Below are positions 60,883 through 64,000 of a stretch of DNA of 64,000 nucleotides, piece by piece. The notes under the pieces were generated by a model, which was given only the letters and a program-made list of their open reading frames with translations, ran no database searches and was not told where the DNA came from. The position numbers and the translations under genes are program-made. The stretch lies in contig JBHGNT010000004.1 in assembly GCA_043228905.1 (NCBI GenBank), positions 1,984,001 through 2,048,000 on the forward strand. The letters run 5' to 3'. This DNA is from Azolla caroliniana. Its lineage: Eukaryota > Plantae > Polypodiophyta. Each line of letters begins with the position of its first letter. Position 1 is the first letter of the stretch.

Positions 60883-63176
60883 ATGGGAAGAACTGCGGAA
60901 GCATGTCCTGCCAGCGGCACATGGCAGCGACAGCCAGCAATGGCGGTCAAGAAGAGTTCGTCAGGCCGTCCTAGAGAGGTGCCCACTGATATGCCAGCAG
61001 AGGAGGCGTATTACAGGGCTCTCAAGCCGGCTTGTACTAAATGCGGACAAAGCAACACCAAATTCCGTTATTTTAATAACAGGTATCGGACAAAGGGCAG
61101 CAGGGTCTCGACGTTGGATCAGCCACGCTACAGATGCGTCTGGCCCTGTAACTACGAGTTCACATACAGCAATCGCTTGCGCCGCAGCACCAGCAAGAGG
61201 AAGTTGAAGAAGACGATGGCTGTTGATTCCTCCGATGTTCCTGTGGCCAACATTAACAATGGTATCAGCTCATGGTATCAACTTATGACAGGTGTGCGGC
61301 CTTTCTTTCCGTTTCATGGAATCCTGTAATCTGCAGGATCATGCTAATTACAATCGGATACATGGCTATCAATGCAGGGCCCACTGATGATCTAATTCTG
61401 CTCCCATTGGACCACCAAGCGATGCTGGCCCCTACAATATTGTCAACCACCTCTGCTCCTACGCTTGCTCCTGTTGAAGAAATTTTCAACAGCAATAGTA
61501 TGGGCTCATCGATTGATCTCGATGGTTACCACCATCACAGAGAACTTGAGCCCTCATCAAGCTTTTGGAGCGAAATTATTACAGGTGCCCCTCTTCTTCC
61601 TATATCCGGGGAGCCAGTAATCTGCGGGACATTTAATCTAATAACATTGTCATCATCGTGCAGGACCGTCGGATGATCTCATTATGGTCCCATGGAACCA
61701 CCAAATTGAAATGGAAACAGGCGCCTACATCTGCCCTACAATATTGTCACCTATCTGTCCTCCTACTAATGCTCCTATTCAAGAAATTTTCAACAGCAAC
61801 AATGATCACCATTATGGTGAACCTGAGCCGTCATCAGGATTTTGGAACGAAATTATGACAGGTGACCCCCTTCTTCCCATACAGGGGGAGCCAGTAATTT
61901 GCGCTTACAATGATGATGCTAATTATCGTTGTCTATCACCGTGCAGGACCGCTGGATGATCCTATTATGCTCCCATGGAATCACCAAATTGAAATGGAAA
62001 CAGGCGCCCAGCTCTGTCCGACAATATTGTCATCCAGCTCTACTCCTACGAGTACCCATATTCAAGAAATTTTTAACAGAAAAAGTATAGACTCATTTAG
62101 TGATCTCGATGGTTACTACGATCATGGAGAACCTGAGCCATCATCAAGTTCTAGGAGCCAAATTGAGACAGGTGCCTGTGTTCTTCCCATAACCAGGGAG
62201 GCAGTAATCTGCGCCACATTGATGCTAATTACATTTTCGTCATCATGCAGGACTAGAGGATGATCCCATTATGCTCCCACGGAATCACCAAATTACAATG
62301 GAAACAGGCGCCTACCTCTGCTCTACAATATTTTCAACCAATGGTACTCCTACTAGTGCTCCTATTGAAGAAAATTTCAACAGCAAGAGTATCGACTCAT
62401 CTAGTGGTCTCGATAGTTACCAACATCATCAAGAATCTGAGCAGTCCTCAAGATCTTGGAGCGAAATTATTACAGGTTCCCCCCTTCTTCCCATATCCGG
62501 GGAGCCATTACTGTCCATCACATTGATGCTAATTACATCTTTATAATCGTGCAGGACTGCTGAATGATCCCATTATGCTCCCATCGAAGCACCAAATTAC
62601 AATGGAAACTGGCGCGTACCTCTGTCCTACCATATCGTCACCCACCTGTGCTCCTACTAGTGCTGCCATCATTTTCAACAACAATGGTATCAGCGGTTCG
62701 GGTGAGCCCGATGATCACCACCAACACCATCAGGAGCCGGCTTCCTCTACCTCTTGGAGCACAATTGTGACAGGTGCGCCTAGTCTTCGCGTATCTTGGG
62801 AGCAAGTAACCGGTGCTAACAATGATGATGCTAATTACGTTATGATCTTCATGCAGGACTGCCGGATGATCCCATCATGCCCCCAGGGGACCAACAAATT
62901 ACGATGGAAATAGGCCGCCCTATAAGTAATCCTTTAATTGAGCAGCAGCAGCAGGAGCAACATCAGCCAGGGAGTATAGCATCGTCATGGCAAGCTACTG
63001 CCAGTGATCTAGCCATGTTGCAATACCTAGCACATGAGCTGCTTTTGGACGATGATATGCTTCCAGAACTCCAGGAGCATTCATTATCAAGTGATATCGC
63101 TTCGATTGAGAGTGACCAAGCGGCACCGGCACCGGGCTTATGTACATCTAATTCTGTTAATCATCACCTGAAATGA
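60883..63176 (+). CDS. Atypical Dof-like C2C2 zinc-finger protein with tandem exon-encoded repeats, about 600 aa (581 aa if the ATG at 60940 is used); exons 60883-61291, 61378-61584, 61664-61861, 61947-62171, 62251-62475, 62555-62773, 62857-63176
   Basis: CTKCGQSNTKFRYFNN...QPRYRCVWPC resembles the Dof consensus CPRCxSxNTKFCYYNN...QPRxFCxxC. Six ACAG|GT...TGCAG|G phase-1 introns splice into one stop-free frame (1803 nt). Confidence 0.78.
61292..62920 (+). repeat. Tandem array of about six 280-305 bp intron+exon units
   Basis: Recurring tgcagg(a/g)c..gatgat..att(a/c)tg(c/g)tccca, atggaaac(a/t)ggcgc, gaaattttcaacagc and acaggt. Confidence 0.9.
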
Positions 63177-64000
63177 ATGGCCTAGCTTGCAGCAGCAGCT
63201 TATCTCGTATGGCCACGATGCACGGTCCTCGACAATCATCCAATTGCAAGAGTCGGAGGCCGACTATAGTATATCAATTCCTGATGCTGTTGCTAGTTAC
63301 TTGTTAATTGTTATACACTCATACATAAATGACAATTAACGCCCTTCATATTGTCTATGTGTATGTATGTGGAATGAAATGTCTGCGTATGTGAGAAAGA
63401 CAAGCTAAAACTCCAAGATTATTATTATTGCCTCTCAGCATGAGCGGGACGTGAATTCATCTCTTCTCGATACTCTGATGTCCATTCTTTCGCTGTGGTG
63501 GTTAACGAAATCTTCATCTTCTACATAACTGAGGTAGTTTATTAACAACATTCGTGTGGACAATCGATCCCTTTGTTTGATGTCGTAATCTGTTGTTGTG
63601 GAAGCGACCCCTTTTCATGAAGGAAGGATGACAGTTTAAGGGGGGACGGTTGAATGCGGAGTCTGAGGCTAGACTAACAGATAAGCTGAATAGTGACCAT
63701 TCACCTATAACATAATAATGGTGGATTACCACACTAGTGGTTATACATTCGATTACGGATCTTACTGACTGAAGGAGCACGTCATTACCTGCTCACTCAC
63801 TGCATCCTTCCTTTCCTGTTTTCTCCCGAGGAATAGTTAATCGAGGGGAGGAGCCGGTTATATTATGCTTCTCTTTACCGGGACACAGTGATTGGATTGA
63901 TATGCCGTCAGGCGCACATTGTTTCCTAATAATCATCACACAGACTATGTTGCTGACTGAAAACAAGCATGTTGCATGGAGGGATTTATATTATGATCAT

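Noticed and set aside
60815-61207. 130-aa Glu-rich ORF overlapping the Dof-like exon
   Set aside because: Alternate frame with a GTG start and no motif; the zinc-finger frame explains the region
61272-63176. Several separate small tandem genes as listed in the ORF track
   Set aside because: Better explained as exons of one spliced gene with consistent phase-1 GT-AG introns

Overview
AT-rich land-plant nuclear DNA. PLS-type PPR debris, long TE-filled introns and (GA)n tracts suggest a fern or another seed-free vascular plant, but this is inference. Four host genes could be spliced by hand: an 18-exon LRR receptor-like kinase (19542-31017, -), a 14-exon ABCG24/28-type half-transporter (34612-46416, -), a long OVATE-family protein (about 55107-57560, +), and an unusual 7-exon gene (60883-63176, +). 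The LRR-RLK belongs to a three-copy tandem cluster: a second copy runs off the left edge and a third is a pseudogene fragment near 14 kb. The 7-exon gene is the best novelty candidate. It has a non-canonical Dof-like zinc finger (Cx2Cx30Cx3C) followed by a tandem array of duplicated exon+intron units, giving five symmetric phase-1 exons that each encode a 66-75 aa module, separated by six homologous 79-86 nt introns. The ORF track shows this gene only as fragments. Mobile DNA includes a 12-kb nested insertion upstream of the left RLK copy: a 5'-truncated LINE holding a 3.9-kb foldback element with tRNA-like repeats and a tandem repeat, into which an intact, CCGG-rich Ty1/copia with apparently identical LTRs has inserted. 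There are also a solo LTR, two hAT MITEs with perfect 8-bp TSDs, several retroposed fragments with TSDs, LINE remnants and a PPR pseudogene. All coordinates were read by eye, and splice models are predictions without transcript support.
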